Assembly: GCA_964580655.1 (NCBI GenBank)
Contig: CAZOMR010000002.1
Coordinates: forward strand, 1-37,146
Direction: 5' to 3'
DNA: 37,146 bases
From: an uncultured bacterium
Lineage (GTDB): Bacteria > RBG-13-61-14 > CAZOMR01
Shown in pieces: positions 23,385-33,348 of this stretch; position 1 is the stretch's first letter; every line of letters starts with the position of its first letter. The notes beneath the pieces were generated by a model. That model did no database searches. It worked only from the letters and a program-made list of their open reading frames with translations, and was not told where the DNA came from. Made by a program: the position numbers and the translations under genes.

Positions 23385-25883
23385 ATGCCCTCAGAAAAAG
23401 TCGGCTCTGCACTTCCACTTGACCGGCAGGCCCTTCTTGAAAAATCAAAGAGCCTGCTGGGGTGGCCTGAAATTCTGGAAGCACTGGCTCAACACGCTCT
23501 TTCACCGAATGGCCGGTCTGCCTGCCGGAACCTCCCACTGGCTTTATCCAAGTCACAGACCGAGGAATCCCTGGCCCATACCGAGGAGATGCATGAACTG
23601 CTAGGCCAGGCAAAAGCTGTCCCTCTTACCGGATTTGAGGATATATCTCTACATGTTGAAAAGGCGCGCGCAAAAGGGGTCTTGAATGTTGAGTCGCTTG
23701 AGCAAATTGGACACCTGCTGGAATTAGCAGGGCGGCTCAAAGCCTTTTTCCGTGACAAGAAATTCTCCGGCCCAAATTCCCGGTTCCCCAGACTTGTATC
23801 AGAGGCTCGCCAGCTTGATCCTGTTAAGCCGTTAAAGGCCAGTCTTGATGAATGTCTGGACTATCAAGGCGGGCTAAAGGATTCAGCCAGCCCGGATCTG
23901 AAAAGACTTCGCACACGACACCGCCGCCTGCGTAATCGCATCCACAAACGACTCGAAGCCATGCTCACCCAGACAGAGGTCACGCCGTATCTCCAGGATC
24001 AATTTTATACACAGCGCAACCAGCGTTATGTCCTTCCTGTCAAGGCCGAGGACCGGGCTCGCTTCGATGGAATCGTGCACGATAGCTCCGGAAGCGGTGC
24101 CACTGTCTTTCTCGAACCCGCGGAATTGATAGAGTCCAACAATCAACTAAAAATTCTCGAACTGGAGATCGCGAATGAACAACAGCGTATCCTCAAGGGT
24201 CTGAGCGAGAAAGTCGCGGAGACGGCGGAGGCCATTCTCATAAACCAGCAAGTGCTGACCCGACTTGATGTGCTCCAGGCAAAGGCTCGCCTGGCCATGC
24301 AAATGTCCGAATGCTCCGAAGGAAACGCCTCGCGGCCTTCTCTCAATGAGGATGCTCGAATTGAACTCAAAGCCGCACGGCATCCTCTGCTCCTTTTAAG
24401 ACGGGAAAATGTTGTTCCCAATGATCTGGAACTGGGGAATGAGAAAAAAGTCCTGGTCATCTCCGGGCCGAATGCCGGGGGAAAGACAGTATGCTTGAAG
24501 ATGCTTGGCCTGCTCTCTCTGATGGTCAGGGCAGGACTTTTTATCCCGGCATCGCCTGATTCCAGCCTGCCTGTTTTCCCGGAAGTCTTTGCCGACATCG
24601 GGGATGAGCAGGACTTGGCCAGGGACATATCCACCTACTCAGGCCACCTGCTTAATATCATCGGCATACTCCGTCATGCAGGAAAGCATGAAGGGTCTGC
24701 AAAAAGCGCACTCGTTTTACTGGATGAGATTGCGGCATCCACTGACCCGGTCGAAGGCTCAGCCCTGGCTGGCGCTGTGCTCCGTGAATTGCGGGACAAG
24801 GTCGCACTCACCGTGGCTACCACACACCTCGGATCGCTCAAAGTCCTTGCTGAGAATGAACCCGGATTCGAGAACGCAGGCCTTGAATTTGATTCCGAGA
24901 CCCTTGCTCCGACTTACCGCCTCCGGATCGGGGTTCCCGGTCTCAGTCTCGGAATACAAACCGCGGCAATCCTCGGCCTGCCCGAACACCTGATATGCCA
25001 GGCCAGAACCCTGCTGGATTCGGACACGGTGCGTGTGGATGAACTGGTAAGGAGACTGGAGATCGAGCGAGGTAACCTGGAAAAAGACCGCACGGCCATT
25101 CAGGCGGAAGCCAGGGGTTTGAAGGAATTAACCGAAGAGTATCGCGAGCGCCTGGAACGGCTGAAAGAACGCGAGAAGGGATTCAAGCGGGAGTTGAAAA
25201 CCCGGGTCCGCGAAGAGATCAGCCGCGCCCAGGGAGAGGTGGCCGAGATTATTCAGAGGCTCAAAATGGACCGAACCATCCGCAAAGCTAAGACCGCAAA
25301 GAGCGAGCTTGTAGTGATGAAGGAAAAGCTTGAGGATGAGTATCCCGATGATATTCCCGAAGGGCAGATACCTGGTCCGGATCAACTGAAGAAAGGAGCG
25401 ACCGTGCAGGTATTGCCCTTTCGCAAGACCGCGGTGCTGATTGAAGATGCTCCGACCAATGCTTGCGATAAAAGCATGGTTCGTGTCAGCATGGGGGGAA
25501 TCAAACTTACTGTGGATCCCAGTGACCTCCGGCTTTTGCCTGAAGAGGAAAAGAAAAAAGACACCGGGAAAAAGAAGGTCTCGCAAGGTTATCTCACTTA
25601 TGATATTGAACCCTCACCCACTCCTCCCGCGCAGTCCAACACACTGGACCTCCGGGGAATGCGCGCTCATGAGGTCGAGCCTGAGGTAGTGCGCTACCTG
25701 GATGAAGCCTGCCTGAAAGGCACGCCCAATGTGTTCATCATCCATGGCCACGGCACTGGGGTGCTCAAGCAAATGGTTCGGGAATACCTGGCCTCATCCC
25801 CCTATGTCAGGTCATTCCGGCCAGGCCAGCCGGGAGAGGGCGGCGATGGCGTGACCATGGCCATCTTGAATCCAATGGGATAA
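23385..25883 (+). CDS. mutS2: endonuclease MutS2 (MutS domain V ATPase plus C-terminal Smr)
   Basis: VISGPNAGGKTVCLKMLGL (Walker A), FADIGDEQDLARDISTYSGHL, LLDEIAASTDPVEGSALA, and a C-terminal Smr domain LDLRGMRAHE...FIIHGHGTGVLK. Confidence 0.9.
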   Translation: MPSEKVGSALPLDRQALLEKSKSLLGWPEILEALAQHALSPNGRSACRNLPLALSKSQTEESLAHTEEMHELLGQAKAVPLTGFEDISLHVEKARAKGVLNVESLEQIGHLLELAGRLKAFFRDKKFSGPNSRFPRLVSEARQLDPVKPLKASLDECLDYQGGLKDSASPDLKRLRTRHRRLRNRIHKRLEAMLTQTEVTPYLQDQFYTQRNQRYVLPVKAEDRARFDGIVHDSSGSGATVFLEPAELIESNNQLKILELEIANEQQRILKGLSEKVAETAEAILINQQVLTRLDVLQAKARLAMQMSECSEGNASRPSLNEDARIELKAARHPLLLLRRENVVPNDLELGNEKKVLVISGPNAGGKTVCLKMLGLLSLMVRAGLFIPASPDSSLPVFPEVFADIGDEQDLARDISTYSGHLLNIIGILRHAGKHEGSAKSALVLLDEIAASTDPVEGSALAGAVLRELRDKVALTVATTHLGSLKVLAENEPGFENAGLEFDSETLAPTYRLRIGVPGLSLGIQTAAILGLPEHLICQARTLLDSDTVRVDELVRRLEIERGNLEKDRTAIQAEARGLKELTEEYRERLERLKEREKGFKRELKTRVREEISRAQGEVAEIIQRLKMDRTIRKAKTAKSELVVMKEKLEDEYPDDIPEGQIPGPDQLKKGATVQVLPFRKTAVLIEDAPTNACDKSMVRVSMGGIKLTVDPSDLRLLPEEEKKKDTGKKKVSQGYLTYDIEPSPTPPAQSNTLDLRGMRAHEVEPEVVRYLDEACLKGTPNVFIIHGHGTGVLKQMVREYLASSPYVRSFRPGQPGEGGDGVTMAILNPMG

Positions 25884-25895
25884 AAGGATACCCCT

Positions 25896-27146
25896 ATGAA
25901 TCAATTACAAAGGTCTATGGCTGTGACGGTCTGCCTGATGATTTTATCCGGGCTGATGACTGCGTATGCTGATGATGCCTCGCCTGAGATCAAGATACTC
26001 GCATACAATGTCTGGGGTATCTATAATGCGAGATTCAGGGAAGAGCGCATGGCAGAGATCGTGAAAGAAATAGTCGAGCTGGACCCTGATGTAGCGATTC
26101 TTGTCGAGGCCTTTGAGAAACCTCATCGGGAGATTATCCTCCAGGGCTTAAAATCACTTGACTCTCCCCTGACCAATGTACGCTATTTTCCGAATGCTGA
26201 TTACGGCTCTGGCATCTTTGTGCTTTCAAGATACCCTGTCGTTAAAGATGATCTGGTTCCCTTCCGCGTGTATGTGCCCCCGGGCAGTGGCGAGGAGAAA
26301 ATGGGAAAGAGCATGGCGACCCTGCGTCTCCGCACACCCCATGGAGATATATTACTCGTGGGTCTGCACGCGCTTTCCAGAACCATGTTTCCCAGAATTG
26401 GAGGGAGAATCATCCAGACAGATGCGCGCAAGTGCGCCCGCCTGCTCCAGATGTATGAGATCGCAAAGACCCTTGATGAAAGGCGGAAGCAGGAAAAAGT
26501 AAACGCAGTGGTCGTGGGAGGAGACTTCAATGTCTTTCCAGGACTACTGGAATACGAACTCCTCATGGCACTCTCCGGCTTTGCCAATGTCTACGATGAG
26601 GTACATCCCGGAGAAGATGAGTCTACCTTTTCCTCGGAGAATCCCTTTACCCTTATCCCTTTGAAATGGATGGACCAGAGAATTGACCACCTGATCTACG
26701 CAGATTTTTCCGAGCGCGAAGGCCCGAGGCTTGCGGCTATGGATGCACGGGTGGTAATGAAGCAGACATTTGAAGGCCCGGATGGAAAGCAGATAAACAT
26801 GAGCGATCATTACGGGATACTCGCGCGCTTTGCCGTAGATAAGGATGCGCAGGTTTTGAAACACGCCCCGATCCGTGCCGGGACTCTAGTATCCAGGGAT
26901 GAAGATGACTGGCTGAATGCCGAGCTGAAAAAAGCCCGGCCTGATTTCAGGAAGAATCCTGACCTATGGACCCGGTTTGCTCTTTTAGTCTTAAAGACCA
27001 AGAACGACGAGATAATTTACAAATCACGCGCTGTCAAGGCCGCGGCAAAAATCATCGTCCAGATTCACGGCAAAGAAGAATTCAAGCTCAAATTCCGCGA
27101 CAGAAAAGCACTCCGGAATTTTTTAAAGGAGCAATCGGGCTTATAG
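25896..27146 (+). CDS. secreted endonuclease/exonuclease/phosphatase (EEP) family protein
   Basis: Signal-peptide-like N-terminus (AVTVCLMILSGLMTAYADD). EEP blocks ILAYNVWG, DVAILVEAF, VVGGDFN and MSDHYGILARF. An extra C-terminal region of about 100 aa is present. Confidence 0.8.
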   Translation: MNQLQRSMAVTVCLMILSGLMTAYADDASPEIKILAYNVWGIYNARFREERMAEIVKEIVELDPDVAILVEAFEKPHREIILQGLKSLDSPLTNVRYFPNADYGSGIFVLSRYPVVKDDLVPFRVYVPPGSGEEKMGKSMATLRLRTPHGDILLVGLHALSRTMFPRIGGRIIQTDARKCARLLQMYEIAKTLDERRKQEKVNAVVVGGDFNVFPGLLEYELLMALSGFANVYDEVHPGEDESTFSSENPFTLIPLKWMDQRIDHLIYADFSEREGPRLAAMDARVVMKQTFEGPDGKQINMSDHYGILARFAVDKDAQVLKHAPIRAGTLVSRDEDDWLNAELKKARPDFRKNPDLWTRFALLVLKTKNDEIIYKSRAVKAAAKIIVQIHGKEEFKLKFRDRKALRNFLKEQSGL

Positions 27147-27197
27147 CTCCAATGAATATCCCCGATCGGTTGACTTGAGCTTAAGGATCAACTATTA

Positions 27198-27470
27198 TTG
27201 AAAATAATGGTCAGAGAAAAGAGTCAGGCAAATCAGGAAATCATCTTTATGGTGGATGAATCTGCAGAGGGGGGGGTTGAGGCCCAGGCGCTTGGTTTTT
27301 CCATCTATACAGAAGCAGATACTCTTGATGAATTGAGAGAAGCCATCCGCGATGCGGTCAACTGTCATTTCGAAGAAAAGCAACGGCCCGCCATTGTTCG
27401 CCTTCATTTAGGCAATTCGGGGTCAGAGCATTACATAACACATAAGCCCATATTACTATTTTCAGTTTAA
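27198..27470 (+). CDS. HicB-like (UPF0150) antitoxin-fold protein, solo and possibly 3'-altered
   Basis: EIIFMVDESAEGGVEAQALGFSIYTEADTLDELREAIRDAVNCHFEE...IVRLH matches the HicB N-terminal-domain pattern. No HicA-like partner is adjacent. Confidence 0.6.
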   Translation: MKIMVREKSQANQEIIFMVDESAEGGVEAQALGFSIYTEADTLDELREAIRDAVNCHFEEKQRPAIVRLHLGNSGSEHYITHKPILLFSV

Positions 27471-27481
27471 GCATTAAAATT

Positions 27482-27506
27482 CTCTGTGTCCTCTGTGTCT
27501 CTGTGT
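27482..27506. repeat. short tandem repeat, 3 x CTCTGTGT (one 1-nt spacer), next to a weak AT-rich hairpin
   Basis: CTCTGTGT at 27482-27489, 27491-27498 and 27499-27506. It is followed by TTTT-AAACACACAC, which can pair with the last unit. It lies between convergent genes. Confidence 0.6.
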
Positions 27507-27522
27507 TTTTAAACACACACTT

Positions 27523-29076
27523 TTACAGCGGCATATTTCCATGCTTTTTGTGCGGTCTGTCCTCGCGTTTGCCGGATAAAAAGCTGAAGGCCCGGATGAG
27601 CGTGATGCGTGTTTCGGCTGGTTCGATCACATCATCAATTGCGCCTGTTTTTGCTGAGAAGTATGGATTAGCAAACTGCTCGCGGAACTCCTGGATTTTT
27701 TCATAACGCGTTGCATCGGGGTCCGGGGATTCTTTAATCTCTTTTCGGTGGAGCACATTGACCGCGGCCTCAGCGCCTACCACTGCCATCTCTGCGGCGG
27801 GCCAGGCGTAAATCAGGTCAGCGCCGATGCTCTTGGACCCTCCCATTGCGAGGATGCCTCCGCCGTAGCCCTTGCGTATTATCACGGTCACCTTGGGCAC
27901 GGTAGCCTCGCAGAATGCATAGAGCATCTTTGCGCCGTGGCGGATGATGCCCCCGTGCTCCTGTTCCACGCCTGGGAAGTATCCGGGCACATCCGTGAGA
28001 AATAGTAGCGGGATGTTGAAGGCATCGCAGAAGCGCATGTGCCGGGCGCACTTGTCCGAGGCGTCCACGGTGAGGCTTCCGCCCAGTACCGAGGCCTGGT
28101 TTGAGACCACGCCGATGGTATGCCCGGCCAGTCGGATGAACCCGACCACGGCCTCGGGAGCAAACTCGGGCTTGAGCTCAAGGAACCGGCCCGCATCGGC
28201 TATTGATAGAATCACATCCCTGATGTCGTAGGGCTTGCGGGGATCGAGTGGAACCATCCGTGAGAGCTCATCCGTGCGGCGCTCCGGGTCATCACCGAGG
28301 TCAACCATAGGAGGAGCGGTCAGGTGATTTGAAGGGAGATAGCCCAGGAGTTCCCTGACCGTATCAAGACAATCCTTTTCAGTGGGGGTTCGGAGGTCAA
28401 TCACGCCGGTCTTCTGCGCATGAGATGCTGATCCGCCCAGGTCCTCCAGAGAGATCTCTTCTCCGGTAACCTCCTTAATCACCTTGGGCCCGGTGATGAA
28501 CATGTGGGAAGTTTGATCCACCATGATGACAAAGTCCATGAGCGGGGGCGAGTAAACAGCTACCCCGGCGCAAGAGCCCATGATACAGCATATTTGGGGC
28601 ACTATACCGGAGGCCTGTGTATTTGCAAGGAATATGGCCTCGCCGCCGTATGGTCCGGACTGGCCCTCCTGGATGCGCAACCCTGCGGAATCATTCAGCC
28701 CGATAAGGGGAACCCCGCGTTTTCGGGCTAGCTCCGCGACCTTGAACATCTTGCGGCCATTCACCGGGCCGATGGACCCTCCGAGCAGAGTGGCATCCTG
28801 CGCGTAAAGGCAGACATCCCTGCCATCAATGGATCCCCAGCCGGCTATCAGGGCATCCCCGGGCCTTTTCTTCTCGGACATGTCAAAATCAGTGGACTGC
28901 GATTCTGCCATAAGGTTGAACTCAAAGAAGCTTCCCGGATCAAGAAGAAGGTCAATCCGCTCCCGCGCAAAGAGCTTTCCTTTTTTATGCCGGGCCTCGA
29001 TCCGATCCTCGCCCCCGGCAGATTTTGCCCGGTCTCGCAATTCCTGAAATCTCTTGATCTCCTCTTTCATGCCCAT
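27523..29076 (-). CDS. acyl-CoA carboxylase carboxyltransferase subunit (methylmalonyl-CoA decarboxylase alpha / propionyl-CoA carboxylase beta family)
   Basis: 517 aa. ARERIDLLLDPGSFFEF, IAGWGSIDGR, and two crotonase-like halves with GGSxG... and GYGGGILAMG motifs typical of the family. Confidence 0.9.
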   Translation of the reverse strand: MGMKEEIKRFQELRDRAKSAGGEDRIEARHKKGKLFARERIDLLLDPGSFFEFNLMAESQSTDFDMSEKKRPGDALIAGWGSIDGRDVCLYAQDATLLGGSIGPVNGRKMFKVAELARKRGVPLIGLNDSAGLRIQEGQSGPYGGEAIFLANTQASGIVPQICCIMGSCAGVAVYSPPLMDFVIMVDQTSHMFITGPKVIKEVTGEEISLEDLGGSASHAQKTGVIDLRTPTEKDCLDTVRELLGYLPSNHLTAPPMVDLGDDPERRTDELSRMVPLDPRKPYDIRDVILSIADAGRFLELKPEFAPEAVVGFIRLAGHTIGVVSNQASVLGGSLTVDASDKCARHMRFCDAFNIPLLFLTDVPGYFPGVEQEHGGIIRHGAKMLYAFCEATVPKVTVIIRKGYGGGILAMGGSKSIGADLIYAWPAAEMAVVGAEAAVNVLHRKEIKESPDPDATRYEKIQEFREQFANPYFSAKTGAIDDVIEPAETRITLIRAFSFLSGKREDRPHKKHGNMPL

Positions 29077-29158
29077 CCTTGTTCTCCACAGTTTTAATTT
29101 TTCTTATCATAGCTCTATGGCATGCAAGGTGTAAAGAGAATTTTAAAAACACCAGAAA

Positions 29159-29187
29159 TTGACCGTGTGGGCAGTGCATGCTAAATT
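29159..29187 (+). promoter_or_regulatory. sigma70-like promoter candidate for the 29229-cobQ operon
   Basis: TTGACC (29159-29164), a 17-nt spacer, then TAAATT (29182-29187). Confidence 0.4.
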
Positions 29188-29228
29188 GTCCGAGGGATTA
29201 GCAGGAAAATATTCCGGGGGCTTCAGTT

Positions 29229-30596
29229 TTGGGTGTGGGTGGAAGAAATGAATTTGCGGTGGTGGTATGGGGCGATTCCCTCGGCGATTGGCTGAGCGCG
29301 GCTGAACTGGCTATCGCAGGGGTGCGCACCGGGCTTATTCTCTCTTGTTCTGTGAACCCGGCGGATTTTCCCGGGACTCAAGGGCCGCCCTTCCCGGAAC
29401 TCGCCTTTTCACCTTCAAGTTCGGACATCATCGCCAACCGGTTTGGATTCAACCCCCAAGGCGAAACCGAAAGCCCGTATGAGCCGGATTTCCAGGTGGT
29501 CACGCCTCAGCACCGCCTGGATTTCTTCGGTAATGAGGAAGAATTCAAATTTGGCCTGGACAGGGATGTTCCTGAGCACTCCGGCAATATCCTGGGTGCG
29601 CTTCACGAGCTTGATACCCTGGGCCAGGAATTTGAGAGCTGGCTGGAGCACAATCCCTGTTTCCCTCCTATCGCCTGGCATGAGCGGTGGCGGTGGGGAG
29701 TCCTCTCAACTAGAATGCTTCCCGGAAAATTCTCCGAGCCATTTTCCGAACTCCTCAAGAGACATCAAATTCCGCCTTATCTCCAGGTGGTGCTCCAGTC
29801 GCCTCTGAACATGTTCTCGCCCTTTTTCACTACAAATCTGCCGGCGGCCAGCGCGGCCTGTCTCTGGCGCTTCCTGCGGCGTAATTCAAGGAATGGACAT
29901 CTCCGGGAAGACCTCCGTAGCCCGCTCAGTGAGATAATCTCGGCCAATGGCGAGGTCATCCCTTCTATTCCAGCTCGTGTGGAACTATCTGGTAAACAGG
30001 TCCGGGCGCTGAGGCTTTCTGACAACAGGGAGATCGAATTTCAAGCACTGCTCGCCCGCCCGGGAGAATTCTTCTCCCTTCTCGATTCTGACCAGCGCGA
30101 GTCGCGCCAGGCCAAAAGGATCGCAGGCTACTTCCCGCGCTCGGTTTATCACACCATGTTCTTCCGCATAGAACGATCTGCTGTTCCCGAGGCCATGGCG
30201 CGCCGCGTGATCTTTGTGCTATCAATGAAGAGAAATCTCTGGGGGGACAACCTTCTGATTCTCTCCCGTTATAAGAGGGTGCCGCGCTGGGATACACTGG
30301 CGGTCACTCTGGGGTATCCCAAGGGTGACATGGAGCCTCCTTCAGGGGATTTCATCTTCGAGTCCCTGCAATCCTTGATGCCTTTTCTTCGCTCCGACCA
30401 GATGGAGCCGGATGAAACCCTTGTCCCGAGAAGCCGGAGATTTTACCTCAAAACCGGAGGCCTGACTTTAGCGCTCAACCTTGTGACACCATTGCGAAAT
30501 CTTTTTATCTCCTTTGCCGAGCTTCTGCCTCGCATCGGTGTAGGCGGTCTTTTCCTCGCTTCCCGCAGGCTCGCCGATATACTGAAGGAAGGCTGA
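29229..30596 (+). CDS. hypothetical protein with a degenerate FAD/NAD(P) Rossmann-like N-terminus
   Basis: 455 aa with a TTG start. FAVVVWGDSLGDWLSAAELAIAGVRTGLI looks like a GxGxxG dinucleotide-binding fold that has lost its glycines. The stop is 2 nt before the cobQ ATG. Confidence 0.4.
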   Translation: MGVGGRNEFAVVVWGDSLGDWLSAAELAIAGVRTGLILSCSVNPADFPGTQGPPFPELAFSPSSSDIIANRFGFNPQGETESPYEPDFQVVTPQHRLDFFGNEEEFKFGLDRDVPEHSGNILGALHELDTLGQEFESWLEHNPCFPPIAWHERWRWGVLSTRMLPGKFSEPFSELLKRHQIPPYLQVVLQSPLNMFSPFFTTNLPAASAACLWRFLRRNSRNGHLREDLRSPLSEIISANGEVIPSIPARVELSGKQVRALRLSDNREIEFQALLARPGEFFSLLDSDQRESRQAKRIAGYFPRSVYHTMFFRIERSAVPEAMARRVIFVLSMKRNLWGDNLLILSRYKRVPRWDTLAVTLGYPKGDMEPPSGDFIFESLQSLMPFLRSDQMEPDETLVPRSRRFYLKTGGLTLALNLVTPLRNLFISFAELLPRIGVGGLFLASRRLADILKEG

Positions 30597-30598
30597 GA

Positions 30599-32164
30599 AT
30601 GAGAAGGATGCGGCTTTCAGCCTCCACTCTGATGATCCAGGGCACCGGCTCCGGGGTGGGCAAAAGCATCATGGTGGCCGGGCTGTGCCGGGCCCTTTCG
30701 GACCTTGGCATCAGGGTGGCCCCTTTCAAGAGCCAGAACATGGCCTTGAATTCTTACATCACCGCGGATGGAGGAGAGATAGGTCGCTCCCAGGCTGTGC
30801 AGGCCATGGCCGCGCGCATTGAGCCGATACGGGAGATCAACCCGATCCTGCTCAAGCCAAAGGAAGACATGGTGGCACAGGTCATCATCAACGGCCGTCC
30901 CTACAAGGATATTTCCGCAAGCGATTATTTCAGACCAGGGCCTGAAATCCAGCGGTTGAAACAGGATGCGATTATCAATGCCCTGGAGAAGCTGGCAGAA
31001 CACTTTGAATTAATAGTGATCGAGGGCGCAGGAAGTCCAGCGGAAATCAACCTCCGTCAAGTAGACATGGTAAACATGGGCACGGCCAGGCTTATCTCCG
31101 CGCCGGTCCTGATTGTCGGGGATATTGACAAGGGGGGCGTGTTTGCTTCCCTCTATGGAACCGTGGAATTACTTGATGGGCTGGACAGAGACCTGGTCAA
31201 GGGATTCATCATCAACAAATTTCGCGGGGATATGAGGATTCTCAAGCCCGGCCTCAAGGAGATTGAGGAAAAGACTGGTATCCCGGTGTTCGGTGTAGTG
31301 CCATTCATTCCGGGGCTCGGGATCGAGGAGGAGGATGCTGTTTCTGGTCTTTCACAGGGGGATGCGAATGCCGAGGTTGAGCTCGTGGTGATATATTTTC
31401 CCCACATATCCAACTTCACTGATTTCGATCCTCTTACTCATGAACCGGGGGTGCTTTTGCGATATGCGCGAACACAGCGCGAGATGGGCAGGCCGGACGC
31501 CCTGATCCTTCCGGGCACAAAAAATTCTATCGCTGACCTGGAACACATCCAGCGGAACGGAGTGGCGGAGAAGGTCATTGCACTGCGTCGTGCGGGAGTG
31601 CCCATCATAGGCATCTGCGGGGGCTACCAGATGATGGGCCGGACCCTGATTGATGAGGCTTGCCTTGAATCATCCCGGGGCAGTGTACCGGGGCTGGGAA
31701 TTCTTCCGGTCATCACACGATTTGGCCCCGGCAAGGTCACCCATCAGCTCAAACTCCGAAGCCGGGGCCAAGGCCCTTTTTTTAGCACTGAGCCAATGGA
31801 GTTCTCCGGGTACGAAATTCATTCCGGTGAATCAGATCTGAAAAAAGGCGCCACACCGGCATTCACCCGGATTTCACTGTCCGGAATGCCCGATGCCAGG
31901 CCCGAGGGTGCGGTATCACGGGACAGCCTCTGCTTCGGAACATACCTCCATGACCTGTTTCACCAAGACAAATTCCGCCGCAATTTCATCAATGTGCTTC
32001 GAGAAAGAAAAGGAATTCCTCCTTTATCATGCCCCCTCATCCAATGGCATGAACTCAGGGACCAGGCTTTTGATGAACTGGCGGAGACAGTGAGGAAATC
32101 CATCAATATCCAGGCAATCCTGGAAATAGTCAGAATTCCTTCTTCCAAAATCTGCGATAAATAA
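30599..32164 (+). CDS. cobQ: cobyric acid synthase
   Basis: LMIQGTGSGVGKSIMVAGLCRAL...VAPFKSQNMALNSYITADGGEIGRSQAVQA, plus a C-terminal GATase1-like domain (GICGGYQMMG). Confidence 0.9.
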   Translation: MRRMRLSASTLMIQGTGSGVGKSIMVAGLCRALSDLGIRVAPFKSQNMALNSYITADGGEIGRSQAVQAMAARIEPIREINPILLKPKEDMVAQVIINGRPYKDISASDYFRPGPEIQRLKQDAIINALEKLAEHFELIVIEGAGSPAEINLRQVDMVNMGTARLISAPVLIVGDIDKGGVFASLYGTVELLDGLDRDLVKGFIINKFRGDMRILKPGLKEIEEKTGIPVFGVVPFIPGLGIEEEDAVSGLSQGDANAEVELVVIYFPHISNFTDFDPLTHEPGVLLRYARTQREMGRPDALILPGTKNSIADLEHIQRNGVAEKVIALRRAGVPIIGICGGYQMMGRTLIDEACLESSRGSVPGLGILPVITRFGPGKVTHQLKLRSRGQGPFFSTEPMEFSGYEIHSGESDLKKGATPAFTRISLSGMPDARPEGAVSRDSLCFGTYLHDLFHQDKFRRNFINVLRERKGIPPLSCPLIQWHELRDQAFDELAETVRKSINIQAILEIVRIPSSKICDK

Positions 32165-32876
32165 GCGCGATCAATTCCTTGCTTGCTCGAAGGATCACCT
32201 TGAGGCTTCCACCCGTGGCCCGGCCATGCTGTCTCGGAAAATGACTCACCGGTATCTCAACAGGCTTAATTCCCTTTTCTCGCGCGATGATCAGGAGCTC
32301 GGCATTGACCAGTGCGCCAGGAGACCTGAGTGTGACCCCTTCAAGAGTTCTTCTGCGAAAGACCTTGAACGCGCAGTTGACATCCTGAACCGGAACGCGG
32401 AAGATGACCCGGATAAGTGCGCTGAAGAGCTTGCCATAGAGGATTCGAGACCACGGGTCAGATCGGAGCGACCTGAATCCCACGACCATATCATTCTCGG
32501 CAAGATGAGGGATAAAATTCTCAAGATCAAGAGGCTGAAACTGGCCGTCCGCATCCGTGAAGAACACTAAAGGGTTCCGGGCCGATGAGAAGCCAGTCCG
32601 GAGTGCCGCACCGTAGCCAAGGTTTTGCTGATGATGAAGGGCCCGCACCTGCGGCTTATCAGCGGCAAGCCGACGACCAAGTTCTTTAGTGCCGTCAGTG
32701 CTTCCGTCATCCACGATGATGATCTCAAAATCATCAAAGAGCCTCTCCAGAGCCTTACGGCAGGACTCCACCGTAGACCCGAGGTTTTGTAACTCATTAT
32801 AAGCAGGAAGAATACACGAAACCGACTCGGGATACTTCTTTACCTTCTCTTTCTGTGTGAAGGTCATGAACCCCAC
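32130..32876 (-). CDS. family 2 glycosyltransferase (dolichyl/polyprenyl-phosphate glycosyltransferase-like)
   Basis: VSCILPAYNELQNL, IIIVDDGSTDGT, NLGYGAALRTG and FFTDADGQF are canonical GT2 blocks. Confidence 0.85.
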   Translation of the reverse strand: MGFMTFTQKEKVKKYPESVSCILPAYNELQNLGSTVESCRKALERLFDDFEIIIVDDGSTDGTKELGRRLAADKPQVRALHHQQNLGYGAALRTGFSSARNPLVFFTDADGQFQPLDLENFIPHLAENDMVVGFRSLRSDPWSRILYGKLFSALIRVIFRVPVQDVNCAFKVFRRRTLEGVTLRSPGALVNAELLIIAREKGIKPVEIPVSHFPRQHGRATGGSLKVILRASKELIALIYRRFWKKEF

Positions 32877-32911
32877 TTAAAATTCTACACGAAAAAGACA
32901 AAAAGTTCCAT

Positions 32912-33348
32912 GTGGTGTGTGACATATTGGTCCGGGAACAGATTGCCAACCATGACCGGTTCCAGGACTGGTTCCGGCGATGGCAAGAGCTTAAGGAGAA
33001 GGAAGCCGACCTGAAGTTGGAGCAGGTGAAGACCGCGTCCTGGGACAATAAAGAAAAACACCAAAAAAAATTGCGGAGGCGCTCAAGGAAGAAGTCCTCC
33101 GGGAGGTCGGGCGGCTGATCGAGCTTGCTTTATCGGACAGGGAGCGGCAGGGAGGTTTTGACCTGGCGGAGGTTTGCTTTGACAATGGGCGGGACTTTTT
33201 GTTGGGTCTTGCCGAAGGGCGAGGACGGGATTGCCCGAAGCCGGGCATGCACTGGAGCGTGAGGGGCGCTAACTCCATCATCGCCCTGCGTTGCTGCCTG
33301 GAGTCCGGATACTTCGAGGACTACTGGGAGTCCCGCCGCGCAGCATGA
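32912..33348 (+). pseudogene. relic of an IS transposase (C-terminal fragment, frameshifted)
   Basis: Two frames join across an A8 tract (33063-33070). The downstream frame ends ...KPGMHWSVRGANSIIALRCCLESGYFEDYWESRRAA, which is like the conserved GMRWS..GA...L.LR...W..FW C-terminus of ISKra4-type transposases. No DDE catalytic region is present. Confidence 0.45.

Noticed and set aside
27482-27506. Possible CRISPR or other array from the CTCTGTGT repeats
   Set aside because: There are only three 8-nt units with no spacers of CRISPR size and no cas genes. It is a simple short tandem repeat.
29077-29228. Cobalamin riboswitch upstream of the operon containing cobQ
   Set aside because: No B12-box-like sequence or conserved GC-rich helices were recognisable. 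The region looks like a plain AT-rich divergent promoter spacer.
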